NCBI GenBank assembly: GCA_051294375.1
Contig: CM119266.1
Location: 25,317,731-25,381,730, forward strand
Reading direction: 5' to 3'
Length of the DNA stretch: 64,000 nt
Origin: Paraspadella gotoi
Lineage: Eukaryota; Animalia; Chaetognatha
Positions 1 through 12,951 of the stretch are shown here, in pieces. The first letter of the stretch is position 1; the number at the start of each line of letters is the position of its first letter. Below the pieces are notes generated by a model. It had not been told where the DNA came from. It was given only the letters and a program-made list of their open reading frames with translations, and searched no databases. A program made the position numbers and the translations under genes.

Positions 1-1160
1 TAACTGGACGCAATGATCTTGATGAAGAAACGAGAAGAACAAGAGAGGAGGAAAAATAAAGGGAAACGGCATAAAAACGAAAGGATAAAACCCAAAAGAT
101 AAAAAAGGAAAGCGGATTAAAAAAGGAGGTATTGGAATAGAAGATCAAATGAGTCACTCAAATATTTAGACAAACAGTTAAAACGCATCGTCTCTCTGCT
201 ACGCTCTTCTGCTACGATTAGCCTCGTTTTGCATATTGTCTCGAACGATCTCTTAATCCCGTCGTCGACATTCAACATATTCGTCGTATTCGTGTCATCT
301 GCCATCGAAGAAATCAGAATAAAACGTGGTCTTATTTGTTATAAAACAAAAGCACAAAACGCTCGATGGTTTTTTTTTCTTTTATTTTTATTTGTGCGCG
401 AATCTTACTCACAACAAACCTGACGATTCCACGTCATAGAAATTTCGAGGCGCGGTGTTCTTGTGTTGTTGTTTTTTGTTCTTTGTCAGCCGTTTGAACA
501 AGCCGTAAATGGACGACCAGTTTGCCTTTTGACTCCACCAGTACTCATTTCGTTTCTCTTCCTTTCTTTCGCTCTCTTTTCGTTCTCCTCCTTTTCGCTC
601 ACTTTCTATGTTGAATTTTTAGAATTTCTTCTACTTTATCGCGAATTTCTCGTTTACAATTTTAAAAAGTTGTCGTTTAATTCAAAAGAACGAAACTCTC
701 GAAATGGGAAGGCTTAATCTGTCCCGGAGTCCAGAAGAAGCAAAGACACCCACAAAACTACGAAAACGAACACCTAGACTGAATATATGATACGATCACC
801 GTCTCTACGCCTACAAGGAGCACTCTAGAATAAACAGATAATAAAGACTACTATAATTGCAACAAAAACGCAGCCCAATAATCAATCATCAGAGAATTGT
901 CCGGTTCATCAGATCTATCATTCAGTATCAGATTCCTCCATGATGGATCTACTACCGATAACTACATTTCGATTTGCCACATCGTACGCAGCTCTCATAC
1001 CGCTGCTATATCAATTCGAATATAAAGTCTATATCATATCTCAGACGAGGTGCAAAACAAAATAATAAATCTTGCAATGTCTCAAGAAAATAGATTTAAG
1101 AGAGATAAAGAAAAACTTCTGAGAGACATCTCGGCATATACCGCGACAACCTATGATCCA
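1..1160 (-). repeat. Insertion-inflated inverted copy of 7627-8470
   Basis: 721 gtcccggagtccagaagaagcaaagacacc matches the reverse complement of ~7862-7889 (ggtgtgtctctctttctggactccggac). 1041 tcagacgaggtgcaaaacaaaataataaatcttgcaatgt matches the reverse complement of ~7686-7721. About 840 bp has become ~1160 bp, with noise increasing rightwards. Confidence 0.85.
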
Positions 1161-4100
1161 GTCCCGCGGCTGGGAGAGAAATTTGAACGGTAGAGCAACC
1201 GAATTCCGTCCAAATGTACCTCTTCCAGTAGTTGTGTAATAACAATACAACAGGGATAGCATATCGGTTTACGTGTAAAGCTGCCAAACTGAGGTATTAG
1301 AAGCGTTCGTCGTACGGTAAGAGCCTGGAAGAAGTGACAACAGCGCGTTTCGAGGCCCCCGCTATCTGATACACAGAAAACTCTTCCTGCGGAGATCGTG
1401 TCCGACGTCCAAACCTATACCGTATGACTATATTGAGCCTTATCCTTACAGGTTAGAGCAAGTGATGTTATCTTCACCGCTAATAGTGTACTTCGCTATG
1501 ATTTCCGGTGGAGTGCTTGACGTAAATAACTCATTGGAGCGTCTGTTCTTAGGGCGCCAGAATGATGCTAGGAGATCAGTTACGTGTGCCGGTAATCTAC
1601 AGTAAGTGAACGACAATGGAATTCGAAGACACCGAAAGTCAGGATATCATACAGAATACTCGGCATCACGATGAGCGAAGTCCGAACCCACCGACCGACC
1701 GAAAATACAAATGATAGGCCATGCATGTCGAGACCAATCCAGAACTGGAAGAGAATCACTCTATACTCGGTGTCACTCACTCATCTCGGTCTCATTCGAG
1801 CGCCAATGCGTTCCGCTAACAATAACGCTCCGACAAAGTCGAACATTCGACGACGATACAGAGCTCAGCGGCCACGTCCTCGAAATCCTGCTTCCGGATA
1901 ATCAGATGCTACCTCACGGATCTTCCCCCGCCACCCCGTTTCGACTCAGTCCCGGCAAACACATCAATCGTTTCGGCGGTCAGCGATATCCAAACCAGCG
2001 CATGTCCGGAAACATATGTACAGCGTTCCCGATTCTCCTCTCTCTCATCAATCTCTGATTTCTCGTTTCCTCCGCAGACCGACAACCACACGATCATAGC
2101 TACTCTCTGGCCTATGTGAGAAGACTTTCGAGATAAACACACAAACACCAACTGACACTGGCACTCCTGGATAGTTCCATATCTCGGTGTTTGCGCCTGC
2201 CATTGCTGCTCCTTTGTTGTTATATCTTAATCCCTCTGTACTTTGACCATGTTGGTACAACCCAATATATACAAAATTATACTCCCATCACTTATCTCGT
2301 AAATAAGACTCTCTCTTGCCCCTGACTTTGGACAGGCATTTGGTCTTGCAGTTCAGGAGTCCTCCATTTCACCTCTTTACAAGATAAATAGACACCTTAC
2401 ATGACCTGGTGCGACGGCTTATCCTGCAAGGCTTTCAATCAAAGCGCACATCTCATCACTTTCAAGGTCCTCGTTTTATTCTCTCGAGCCTCCCGCAGCG
2501 AGTAAGCCCTCGCGCTGTCACTACGACTCCCCATATCAATGACAGTGGAACAATCACTCCCTAGCAGCGTTCAAGAGTGAATCGTTCTCAAGTATTCTAA
2601 TTGAAAAATGACCCACTCCCTAAGAGTTGACTTAGATCCGTATGGGACCATCAACATACTGACGTACTTGTACTCGCGCACTTTAGCAACTACAAAATAT
2701 CAACTGGTATGTACTGAGTATGTTTAATTTGACGAATTGTGTCACAACAAATACGCGTAAATGACAGACTTATCCATTCGTCACAGGCTGCTAATAAAGA
2801 TAAGACTATTACGTACTGCCTCATCTCTGACTTTGGATAGCAACGGCATTTTGTTGGATCTACATTAAGCGCCTCCGAGTCACACTTGATACACAGTGAC
2901 ATGACCACTAGGCAACGAATGGAGTCCACTGCGGTCATGAATATCTATAATCGACCACCGGGCTTCTGCATGGAGTGCAGATGCAATCTACGTTCCTACT
3001 CTACTTCCGAATAAGATTTTATATCAGACATGGACAATTTCTTTCATAAACATACACAGCGGTCCGGCACAGGATAGGTCCATGCTTAGATTCTGAAGTT
3101 GTTTCGTCGTCTGTGTTCTAACAACCATGCGACATACTAGATAGCAGCAGGTTATTAAGCGTTTGGTACAAACGCTATAGCAGGCACGGGCCAACGACGG
3201 AGACGACATACGTGACGACTAGCACAATACTGACAGTCGCTGCCGCGGCGAACGTCTGAACTCGCTGGACTGCAGCTCCGTCAACACCTAAAGAAACTGC
3301 AAGGACTGTTACTCGAGATAATTTCGTTTCTTCGATCAAATGAGGCACGCCAACAACTCGTCTCGGATGTCAATGGTGTCGGATGCCGGACAACGGACGC
3401 AACATCGCGCTTGCCCTCGTGAATATTCTCTTTATACTGAGCTTGCAAAATCTTGTATCTGTACTTGATGAGGCGTCCTTTTGTTTCGTATGTGTCTGTT
3501 GTTACCGAGTCGTCTATATGTTTTGATGCGCTGGGAGTTTTTTTTCCTCCGCTCGAGATATCCAAACTTGTTGCCAAGCAACTTAATCCCGAAATGCCAG
3601 ACACATTGAAAATGTAAAACACGTCAACGAAAGGCGTCCTAGCACGGTTCGACAGATGGATAAATGAACAATGAAACTTGATTCTGAACTTGTCGTCAGC
3701 ACTCGATCATTATTATTCGGGTGAGCGACATATTAAACTTATTCCATAATAAAATCTTTTCTCGCGTCCTTCTTTTCTATTTCTCATAAGACGATTCGGC
3801 TTGACGCTAGGCACGATGTTGAATATTGACGATTACAGATAAACTGACCGAAGCACCATAACATAGCACGGATCTGAATGCTTGTTATCGATTATGGTTA
3901 TATTGTAATGCTGCTTACACTCCAGGGCAGTATTGACGCGTGGGAGTAGATATATCGAAAGGATTTAACTCAAGCACAGTCAGAAAGAACAATAACACAA
4001 CGTCTATGACTAATGCCTCACAAATAGCAGACAATTGTGATTGAGCTTCATTTCAAATGGTAGCCTTTACCGGTGACTGCGCGGATTATAAGCGGAATGA

Positions 4101-5450
4101 TTTTAAAGTGTCATGCTATGATTGAGAACATAACAGTAACAAATACTTAAATTCTGACTGATCCGTTTCGATACGTAATGTAGTGTATGATGTACGTGGA
4201 GATTAAAGCAGACAAGAGCAGATAAGGTAGTCTGAGACAACAGATCAAACTAGTTTTGTTTTGTGAAGAAAATAGTCCATCCTTGTACAACCTGATCGAC
4301 GTAAAAAATTGATCTCGACTCGACGAAAGATGTATTGCGCGCTTCAAATAACCTGAGTGAAGTAACACAACAAGTAACAAGTTAAAACAGACTCAGTTCC
4401 GCGTGACACCATGCTCCACATTTAACACATTGCGGCAAGTTAAAACTATTCATTTAGCTGGAAGCGGAACAGGCACAACGACGAACGACGACTGACATTC
4501 AAGACTCTCGGTATGTCAAGGACACATGTGCTAGCGGAAGTGTTAACTGTATTCTATCGTTGCTGGGAAGAGACCTCGTGAAGAACTGTATCTTTTCTAT
4601 GGTAAACCAACTATTATCTTCTGATCTAGACTTATTTCACTCGCTAGATTTACAAGGTGATAGTACTGGAAGATAAAGGATTCGGGAAGAAATATCACGA
4701 ACATAAGGAAAATGGAAGCGTGAACTGCATATGTTGTTCTTCCTCGTTCCCTTGTCCCTTACTTGTCTTCGTTCTACTAGTATCTTTTATTACACTTCTG
4801 GGGCGGACCGGCACATGTTCATCTTGTCGTCACCCCTCGGAACAGCATTAACCTTACGTCACGAATAACGACTTACAACCCTCTTTGTGTTCTTAGCATC
4901 GCCCTAGATCTAAATCAGAGATCTAGATAGAGTAGCAGACGACTGCGTAGTCCAGCAGACCGAAGTACTGCCGTCGCTGATGAACAGTCGATTCACTGCG
5001 CACTAGGGATGAGACAGGACGAGATCGATCGGGATAGAGAGATGAGACAGTAACGGAGAGAGAGATACACGGCCAGTTGAGAAGATGACGATGAGAGAAC
5101 GACGACCGGAGGAGTCAGACGGGACTGGAATGAGAGAGAGAGAGACGAGAAGAGAGAGCACGATATCCCGCCAAGTACTGAGATACTGCGGCGAGACAGA
5201 GAGATATATGAGTGAGATCGCATCTGTACAGCCTGTGATCGGAGGTGGACATGGAGAGATAACATACGCATCGGCCACCCAACACTCTGCTTGCTTTCTT
5301 AAACCCCCAAGCATCTTTTAGTGTGCTCTATCATAAAAATAGCATCGACTGGTACTGGGCAGCTGGAATAGCTCCGAGCATATGATGATGACCTGTACAT
5401 GCTCGTCGTCCTGCAGATGGCATCGTTGAGAGCCAAAAAAAAGCTTAAGT
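1161..5450. other. Probable uncorrected low-quality long-read sequence
   Basis: It largely lacks the long homopolymers and clean microsatellites seen elsewhere in the window and has no credible ORFs. It continues directly from an insertion-rich copy, contains another inflated copy (2220-2640), and has a scrambled GA tract at ~5000-5210. Confidence 0.65.
2220..2640 (-). repeat. Noisy inverted homolog of 23797-24095
   Basis: ctctcttgcccctgactttggacagg...cctccatttcacctctttacaagataa...ctgcaaggctttcaatc matches the reverse complement of ~23920-24015 (ctctcgcccttgactttggacagg...cctccatcactcttacaagataa...ctgcaagctttcaatc). Confidence 0.75.
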
Positions 5451-5519
5451 GCCCTCCGCCTGAGTCGTGCGGCCGCATTTCTTTGCCAGAAGATTTGGTT
5501 TTAAACGCGGAACGCAGGG

Positions 5520-5527
5520 AGAGAGAG

Positions 5528-5558
<31 letters not shown>

Positions 5559-5603
5559 AGAGAGAAAGGCGAGAGGAAGAGAGAGAGAGAGAGAAGAGAG
5601 AGA
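5520..5603. repeat. Imperfect (GA)n microsatellite
   Basis: Directly visible. Confidence 0.9.
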
Positions 5604-6929
5604 GGCCGCTTCCCGCCCCAAATAAAAAAAGAAAGAAAAGAAGGAGAGAAAACAATGAGTCGCTTCCTTTTCCTATTTTATTTCTTCCCATTTTCTTCCC
5701 CCATCTTCACCTTTAAACGCGAGAGTTAGTGAAGAAAGTTTTCCCTAAAAAGATCAGTTCTCGGGTCGTTTCCCCGCAACGACTAATCCATTAAACTTCC
5801 GCGCCTTGCTCCGTTTATTCGTCGTCGTCGTCGTCGTCTGTGCCTTTTCCCTTGCAAAATATATTAATATCCAATTTAATGTGGAAGGTCAGCGGAATGA
5901 GTTTTTAATTTTTTTTTTATTCTAGTATTTGACGAATTACATTCGCGTCGAGATATTTTTTAGTCGATCAGGTTTAAGGATTTATTTAAAAAAAAATAGT
6001 TTTTTTTCTCAACTACCTCTGCTTTCTGCTTTATCTCCACGACACATCTTACGTTAAACGTATCATGAATTTAAATTTTTATTTATGTCAACAATCATAC
6101 TTAAAATCATTCCGTTTATAATCCGCGATAGTAAATACCAATCCAAAAAATTTTCATTGGCTTATCAAACGTTTTTTTTTTTCTGATGTGTTGATTTTCC
6201 TTTTCGTACTCGGCGCCTGTGAAGCTTAAAATAAACAAACGAAACAAATAATCGTTTATTGTGTATTTAATTCATTCACTTCTATAGAATTCTTTGAGAA
6301 AAAAAACGATTTATAAAAATTAATATTCAAAAAAAAATTGACAAAAATTTTTTTTTCTCTTCGACTCTACCCTTTTGCTTTTCAATTTTCAATTGCGGCA
6401 TCATTGTTTGGCAACAAGAAAAAAACTCCCAGCGCATCAAAACAAACATCGACAACAACAACAACAACAAAAACCCTCAAAATCAATAAAATTCAACAGT
6501 AAAAAAAAAAATTCGGGAAATTCTCTTCCATCGAAACAACACGAAAAAAAAAATCCCGTTAAAATCCTTCAGTTTTTAGTTGCGCCGCGAGTACTCGCGG
6601 AGCTGTCAGTCTGTCGGTCCGTATGTCTGTCCGTCGGTCCGTCCTACTTACGTTGAAAACGCTTATAACTTGCCTATAGTTCATTTGTTAAAACAGGAAA
6701 AAACCTCAAATCTAAGCGACTACTTGCGCCGCCTTTTGTTTTTAAAGAAATCTTATAAACTATTAGGAATAAAAGACGTGATTCCCATGCAGAGCGTGTC
6801 GTATATACAAGGGATAAGAAAACAAAAAGAAAAGTAATGCGGCGCAACACCTTGGAACTACCGTTCCTTGGTTTTTTTTTTCAATTTCTCTGGCAGGATT
6901 TGGGTTTGGCGGGAAAAAGAGAGAGAGAG

Positions 6930-7200
6930 AGAGAGAATCGCGAACCATTTATTCCGAATCGCTGTTTGTATTTCCCCCGAACGAATTGATTGTTTTGCCG
7001 AACGAGTCGACGGGTCGGGGAGAATCGAGGGAGGTCGGAAAGCCGGGTTGTGGGCGTGGCCCTTGTCGTCGTCGTCGGATTGATTGTTCGGCGTTATGTT
7101 GCGACGGCGGCGAATGAGACGAAAAGGAGTGACATCTCCCGTTGGATGTCGACGGCCTCTTTTTTTCGTCGTCGTCGTCGACGTTTCGCTCATCCCGTTT
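6930..7200 (-). CDS. Possible coding exon of an unknown gene
   Basis: GC-rich island with an open minus frame (…SETSTTTTKKRGRRHPTGDVTPFRLIRRRRNITPNNQSDDDDKGHAHNPAFRPPSILPDP…). No recognisable domain, and splice sites are not defined. Confidence 0.2.
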
Positions 7201-7354
7201 TTAGAAACGATTTCGTTTCGATTCCATTTCGTTCCTACGTAATACCACTTCCCTACTCCAATTTTTTCACCCGAAATCATCGGATACATTCGTGAGAAAT
7301 CAAGCTACCAAGATAATCCATTATATTGGTATTGAGTCGACACTGAATTTTTTT

Positions 7355-7428
7355 TCAGGAACGGGGCTCGAACCTTTGACTTTTACCGCCTACCGAACGA
7401 CGCTCTAACCTCTTTGGCAGCCCGAACC
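7355..7428 (-). pseudogene. Degenerate tRNA-like sequence (tRNA pseudogene or tRNA-derived SINE head)
   Basis: The minus strand reads GGTTCGGGCTGCCAAAGAGGTTAGAGCGTCGTTCGGTAGGCGGTAAAAGTCAAAGGTTCGAGCCCCGTTCCTGA followed by an A-run. It has a D-arm-like GGTTAGAGCG and a B-box GGTTCGAGCCC at tRNA spacing. The stems are imperfect and the anticodon may be GGT. Confidence 0.55.
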
Positions 7429-7601
7429 ATCTTCCCCTTTTTATACAAACTACGGAGAGTATTTGCGGATTCGGTTTGTCTCCGTCAAATTCTCCCCCCC
7501 CGAGAGAGGGGAGGAAGAGAAGAGATATGAGCGGACGAGAAGAGCGAGAACGAGAGGAAGAGTAGAGAAGGAGAGAGGAGGAACGAGAGAGAGGAGGAGA
7601 G

Positions 7602-7626
7602 NNNNNNNNNNNNNNNNNNNNNNNNN
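7602..7626. other. 25-N assembly gap (also 9801-9825, 12927-12951, 27594-27618, 31565-31589, 34378-34402)
   Basis: Six N runs each count to exactly 25. Sized gaps lie at 17118-17282, 18246-18723, 24675-24789 and 48800-49003. Confidence 0.95.
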
Positions 7627-8508
7627 CCCTGAATTGTTTTCGGTTATGGAGTCTCGAGTTTTTTCTTTCTCTCTTATTTTTTTGAACATTGAAGGATTTC
7701 TTATTTTGTTTTCTCGTCTGATTGATTGATTAATGATGAATTGATTGATTTGATTTATCGATGATTTTTCGATTGATTGATTATTTGTTTTTGCAATATA
7801 TCTTTTCTCTGTTACCACCTTAGGTACACGTATTTCATTTTCATTATGTCTTTTAGTTTGTGGTGTGTCTCTCTTTCTGGACTCCGGACAATTACCTTCC
7901 CATTTCGAGTTCGTTCTTTTGAATTAACGACAATTTTAAAATTTTAACGAGAAATTCGATAAATAAGAAATTCTAAAAATTCAAAATAGAAAAGTGAGAA
8001 AAGAGAACAAAAGAGCGAAATGAAAGGAAAGAGAAACGATGAGACGAGTCAAAGGCAAAATGTCGTCCATGCTTTTCAAAACGGCGACAAAACAAAAAAA
8101 CAAAACTCAACAAACCCGCTCGAATTTTATGACGTGGATCGTCATTTTGTGATAAGATTGTCGCGCACAAAAAAAAAAAGAAAAAAAAACCATCCGACGG
8201 TTTGTCTTTTGTTTACAAAATAGACCTTTTTCTGATTTTTCGACGGGCAGATGACAGAACGTGACGAATTGTGTGAATTCGACGACGGGATTAAAAATCG
8301 GTGCGAGACAATTCAAAACGAGTGTAATATGCAGAGAGAAGCGAGAGAGAGAGAGTTACTTTACTTATTTTCTTAATATTTCCTTTTCTTCTATCCAATA
8401 CTTTTTTATACCTTATCCTTTTTCCTTTGTTTCTCCATTTGTTTTATCCTGTCCTTTATTTTCTCCTCTTCTTTTTCTGTACTCTTCTCTCATCTCTCTC
8501 TATCTTTT

Positions 8509-8545
<37 letters not shown>

Positions 8546-10748
8546 AGATGCCAGAAAATGAAAAGAAAGAAAGAAAGAAAGAGAGAAAGAAAGAAAGAAA
8601 GAAAGGAAGGAAGGAAATCCTGGTGGTATTTGGGCGTTTCCAAGGGGGGACCATCTTAAGAGAAGGAAATGCTGCGGAAAGAATAAGTTTCTTCCGAAAG
8701 CGTTTGACTCGGTTCCTGCGCAGGCGATATTCTTCCTCGTTAAAAACCCGGAACACATTTTGCCAACTCGTTACTGTGTAGAAACTAGATTCATATCCGA
8801 CGCTGATTCTGAAAAGAAAATTTAAAACTCGTTTGTGAACCCGTTTTTAAAATCTAATTTAAAATAAAATCAGATTGCTAAGTCTAAGAGGGTTTTTTTA
8901 ATGTTATTACAATATTTTTTTTTTCGACGCTCTTTCTTAAAACATTTTCTTCCAACGGTTATTGATTCCATTTTTAAGTCTTTTTAAAACCTTTTCCTGG
9001 TTATATAATATATATACATCCTTTTATGCTTTCACTGGAGTCTGTTTTTGTACTAATTTTAACTTGGCTGGTTTTGACTATGTTTTCGGACGAAAGCCTT
9101 TTTTAAAAAGAAGTTAAGTTTCAAAAAGCTGTGACGACGCAAAGTAAGTTTTTCCTTCCAATCTCCCTCTTTTTCTATCTCTCTCTCTTAGTCCCTATCT
9201 TGCTTTTATTCATGGAAATATATTAAAAAAATTAAGTATGTCTATCTTTAAATATTTAAACCAACGTTAAATATAAAAGGATATGTGTTCTTCTCTAATT
9301 TTAGACTCCGTTTCGAGTTCTCTTCAATTTGGTTCCATTAGTTTTGATTCCATCAAATTCGATTTCGGTTCGAGTCAATGCGTTGAGTTCACATCAGTGA
9401 GGCGACCTTTAACTGAAGCTGGAAAAGATTAGACGAACGATTAGAGATTCAATTTTAATAGACAATACAATTTAAAATTTAAGAATTGAAAACTTCATTG
9501 AAGTATTAGAAAGTGCAATGCCTCGACCTATCTTTCTCTCAACCATTTCTTTTTACACCCATTTCGTAATCCCCTTCCCCAATCACTCATTCGAAACACC
9601 CTCCCAGTCCCCAAGTCTCCATCCCCTGTCCCTCAACCAAAATTGCATCCCCGATGCCCATTCCCCTTCTCTCAATGGCCGGGCCCGTCCCTTATTCCCT
9701 TCTCCAATCCTGTCATTGGATTGACTCGTTCCTCAGTTTTCTTTTCTCCTGTTTCAAATCGTCAGTCATTTCCCCCAATCGTTTTTCGATTTCCCGTCCC
9801 NNNNNNNNNNNNNNNNNNNNNNNNNAAAGAGAGAGATAATAAGGATTAAGAACTTTAAACGCTTCTAAATTATTTTTTTTTCGAACTTAGTCATGATGGA
9901 TACAAAGAAATAAATTTGGAAACTATTTATTCGAGAGAAATTAGATAGAATTATGGAGAATTGAATGGTAGTGGAATATCTCAAGAAAGTGTATACTTTC
10001 TCTCAGGGAAACGAATCTTTTTCCCCCAGAAATTCTTGCAAAAGTCGGGAGCGTCGCGTTTCGCGACTTTCTCCTTCTACCTTTTTTTTCTTAGGAATTC
10101 CGATATAACTTTGTTTTTTGTTGAATTTCTCCTAGATTCTATACATTTATTCACTTTTTTTTTCTACCATGGAGTTTGACAAAATAGACTGACATGAGGA
10201 AAACGTTATGCAGTATCGACTTCGTAGTATTTCTTCTTTTATTTTCTTTTCTTTTTTTCTTTTTTCTTTTTTTCTTTTTTCTTTTTCCTTTTCTTCTTTT
10301 CTTTCTAACTATTTTTTCTTTCTTTCTTCTTTTTTTTTGCATTTACTTATCCCATTCATGTCTCTAAGCTCTCATCTGCCAATCTCACGCTCAGAGCGAT
10401 ACCGTCTCCTCTCTCTCCCTCTCGTCGTCCTTCCTCTCTCGTCTCCTCTTTTTTTTTCTTCTCTCTCTCTCTCGCATCTCTGCTCTCTCTCTCCTCTCTC
10501 TCTGGCCCGCGTTCTTTCCCTTCACCTCGGCTCCTCTTTCGTTCAAAAGCACCAAGAAGAAGAAAATCAACATTTTTTTCCCTCATCTTCAGACGCGAAC
10601 CCTTTAAGTTTTTTTCTCGTTTTAACTTTGGCGAACTGAAGACCGCGAAAAGTCCTGAGGAACATGTTGTTTTACTCTTTTTTAAATTTCTGGGGAAAAA
10701 TCGGGAAGAGTTTATGGCTCGATCCCGCCGAAAGAAAGTGGAAGGCGC

Positions 10749-10940
10749 GAGAGAGAGAGAGAGACAAGAGAGAGAGGAGAGGAGGGAGACGAGAGAGCAG
10801 AGAGACGACGAAATGTGGGGACGATAAATGGTGATCGCGGTGAGAAGAAGTGAGAGAGGAGAGAGAGAGTAAGAGAGAAGAGAGAGAGAGAGAGATGAGA
10901 GATGAGAGATGAGAGACGAGAGATAGAGAAGAGAGAGATA
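10749..10940. repeat. GA-rich microsatellite tract with (GAGATGA)n subunits; duplicated at 13419-13610
   Basis: Directly visible. Confidence 0.85.
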
Positions 10941-11029
10941 GTTAGACTAAATCGGAAGGAAAAAAGTAAGTAATGAATAAAGAGAGTCGGAAACAGAAGA
11001 AGAACCAGGTTCTTTGATCCTGTTTTAAA

Positions 11030-11665
11030 AGCGAAGCTTAATTGGTTGCGGGGTCAGAAAATGATGAGTTTTTCCCGGACAGACTCTGTTGATTCTCATC
11101 TCCAATTGACTAATCTCTCTATGTTCGATATTTAACATGTTAGAGAAAAAAAACACAACCACACAAAATAAGCCAAATGGTGCAGGCAGCAGAGTCATGC
11201 GAATCTAAGAAGATAGACCGCAAATTGTACGTTTTAAATAAAAAGATTAATAAATTTAGCCGCGTACGATCATCGAATTATAGCTTTTTCTTGAGCAGAA
11301 AATCAACAAGGAAAACCTAAAACAAAAGTGGCAGACTGATGACGGAATGACATACACGTAACAGGAACCTTCTTTTTGTCTCGGTTCGATTCGCCAAAGC
11401 CTTATCCGGACCATGACTTCACGAGTCGAGTCGCCCCTGTTCTTCAATTGCGTAGACTAATGACGCTCACTATAAACCCAATGAAGACGGAAAGTACCGG
11501 ATATAAGGCGGGAACGACTGCACTGCAAACGATGGAGAATAAAAATCCTAATACGCACTCCACGAATAGGAAAAGAGAACCGACAAGAAGTATTCGAAAG
11601 GAAGAAGAGGTTCTATTGATCTTCGCCGACTTTCCTTTTTATGTTCTGCTCTTTTAGGCGAAAGA
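11030..11665 (-). repeat. Insertion-rich inverted copy of ~12430-12926 (local fold-back)
   Basis: aagcttaattggttgcggggtcagaaaatgatgagttttt matches the reverse complement of 12890-12924. aaaagtggcagactgatgacggaatgaca...gaaaagagaaccgacaagaag matches the reverse complement of 12500-12713. Confidence 0.85.
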
Positions 11666-12041
11666 GAAGAGAGAAGAAGAGAGAGAGAGAGAAAGGAGAG
11701 AGCGAACGCAGGATGACGAGAGAGAGAGCATGAGAGTAGAGAGAGAGAGAGAGAGGAAGGAGAAGCCATTGAGAGAGAGAGAGAGAGAATGAGAAGAAAG
11801 AAGAGAACGAAAGGAGAGCGGAGAATTCGCTTCGAAGCAAAGAGAAGGGACGAAGGGGCTGCGGCAATCGAAAGAATCGAGACAGGAGGAGCAGTAGAGA
11901 AAGGAGCAGAGAGAGAGAGAGAGAGAGAGAGATAGCAGAGAGAGAGAATAGACGAACGAGAGAGAGAGCAGCAGAGAAGTAAGGAAGAGACCCCGAAACG
12001 TACATTCAGAGTTTCCGCCGAACCCCAAAGAAGTTGCTCAC

Positions 12042-12243
12042 TTTCCCGCCGGCAAAGAATTGTCGATTGCCGCTACTGGGGGAAGCGGCGATAGATGAGG
12101 GGCGGGCTGATGAGTGGACGAACATACGAGTGGGTAGAGGGGAGTAAGAGGTGTGGAGGGTGTTGAAGCGGGCGAGTGATGTGCAACCTTCCGGGCGTTT
12201 GGTCGGATCAGCCTCAACACAAAGTTGTTATGGTCGTCCAAGA
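12042..12243 (-). CDS. Candidate internal exon of an unknown Pro/Ser-rich protein (duplicate at 14712-14913)
   Basis: Acceptor ttcgcattcAG and donor AAA|GTGAGC on the minus strand bracket an open frame, LDDHNNFVLRLIRPNARKVAHHSPASTPSTPLTPLYPLVC…PAGK. It is a GC-richer island between microsatellite tracts. Confidence 0.4.
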
Positions 12244-12951
12244 CTGAATGCGAATTTGTGGAGATGAAATTGAGAGAGAGAAAGAAGAAAGAGAGAAAGT
12301 CAGTGAGAGAGAGTCAGAGAAAGAGAGAGAGAGAAGAGAGAAGAGCAGAGAGACGAGAGAGAGAGAGAGAGAGAGAAATGGATACTCTGGGAGTGGAAAA
12401 TCGAAAAAAGACTTGGGAACATACTTTCTCTCCCCTAAAAGAAAGAAATAAAAAGGAAATCGGCGAAGATTCGATGAAACCTTTCTTCTTCCTTAATCTT
12501 TCTGTCGGTTCTCTTTTCTTATTCGTGATCGCGTAGATTTTATCTCCATCGTCGTCGTCGTCGCTTTATCGTCTTCCGTCTCTAATCGGGTTATATGAGC
12601 GTCATTTATGGGTCGCTTGAGGGCGCTCGACTCGGGTGGTCCGGAGCTTTGGCAATCGACCGAAATAAAGAAGGTTCCTTTATTGTCACTTTCCGTCATC
12701 ATCTGCCACTTTTAGTTTTTGTTTTTTGTTTTTTTGCTCAAAACTTATTCATTCCTAGCGTAAATTTATAATTTTTGAAAAATAAATTTGCTATTTTAAG
12801 ATTGCGCCTGCCATTTTTGTGCTTTTTTGTGCTTTTTTTTTCTATTAAAAAAATAGAGATTCATTGGAATGAGAATCAAAGTTGTTCGAAAACTCAATCA
12901 TTTTTCTGACGCACAATTAAGCTTTTNNNNNNNNNNNNNNNNNNNNNNNNN

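Larger units (their letters stand above)
10282..12424 (+). repeat. Direct duplication copy 1 (2143 bp)
   Basis: ORF translations are identical at a constant offset of 2670 (e.g. 11376/14046, 12038/14708). Identity ends after ...gggaacatac. Confidence 0.97.

Noticed and set aside
1580-4851. Cluster of short ORFs in a compositionally distinct island (possible HGT or virus)
   Set aside because: The ORFs are short, overlapping and motif-free, and the region is better explained as noisy read sequence.
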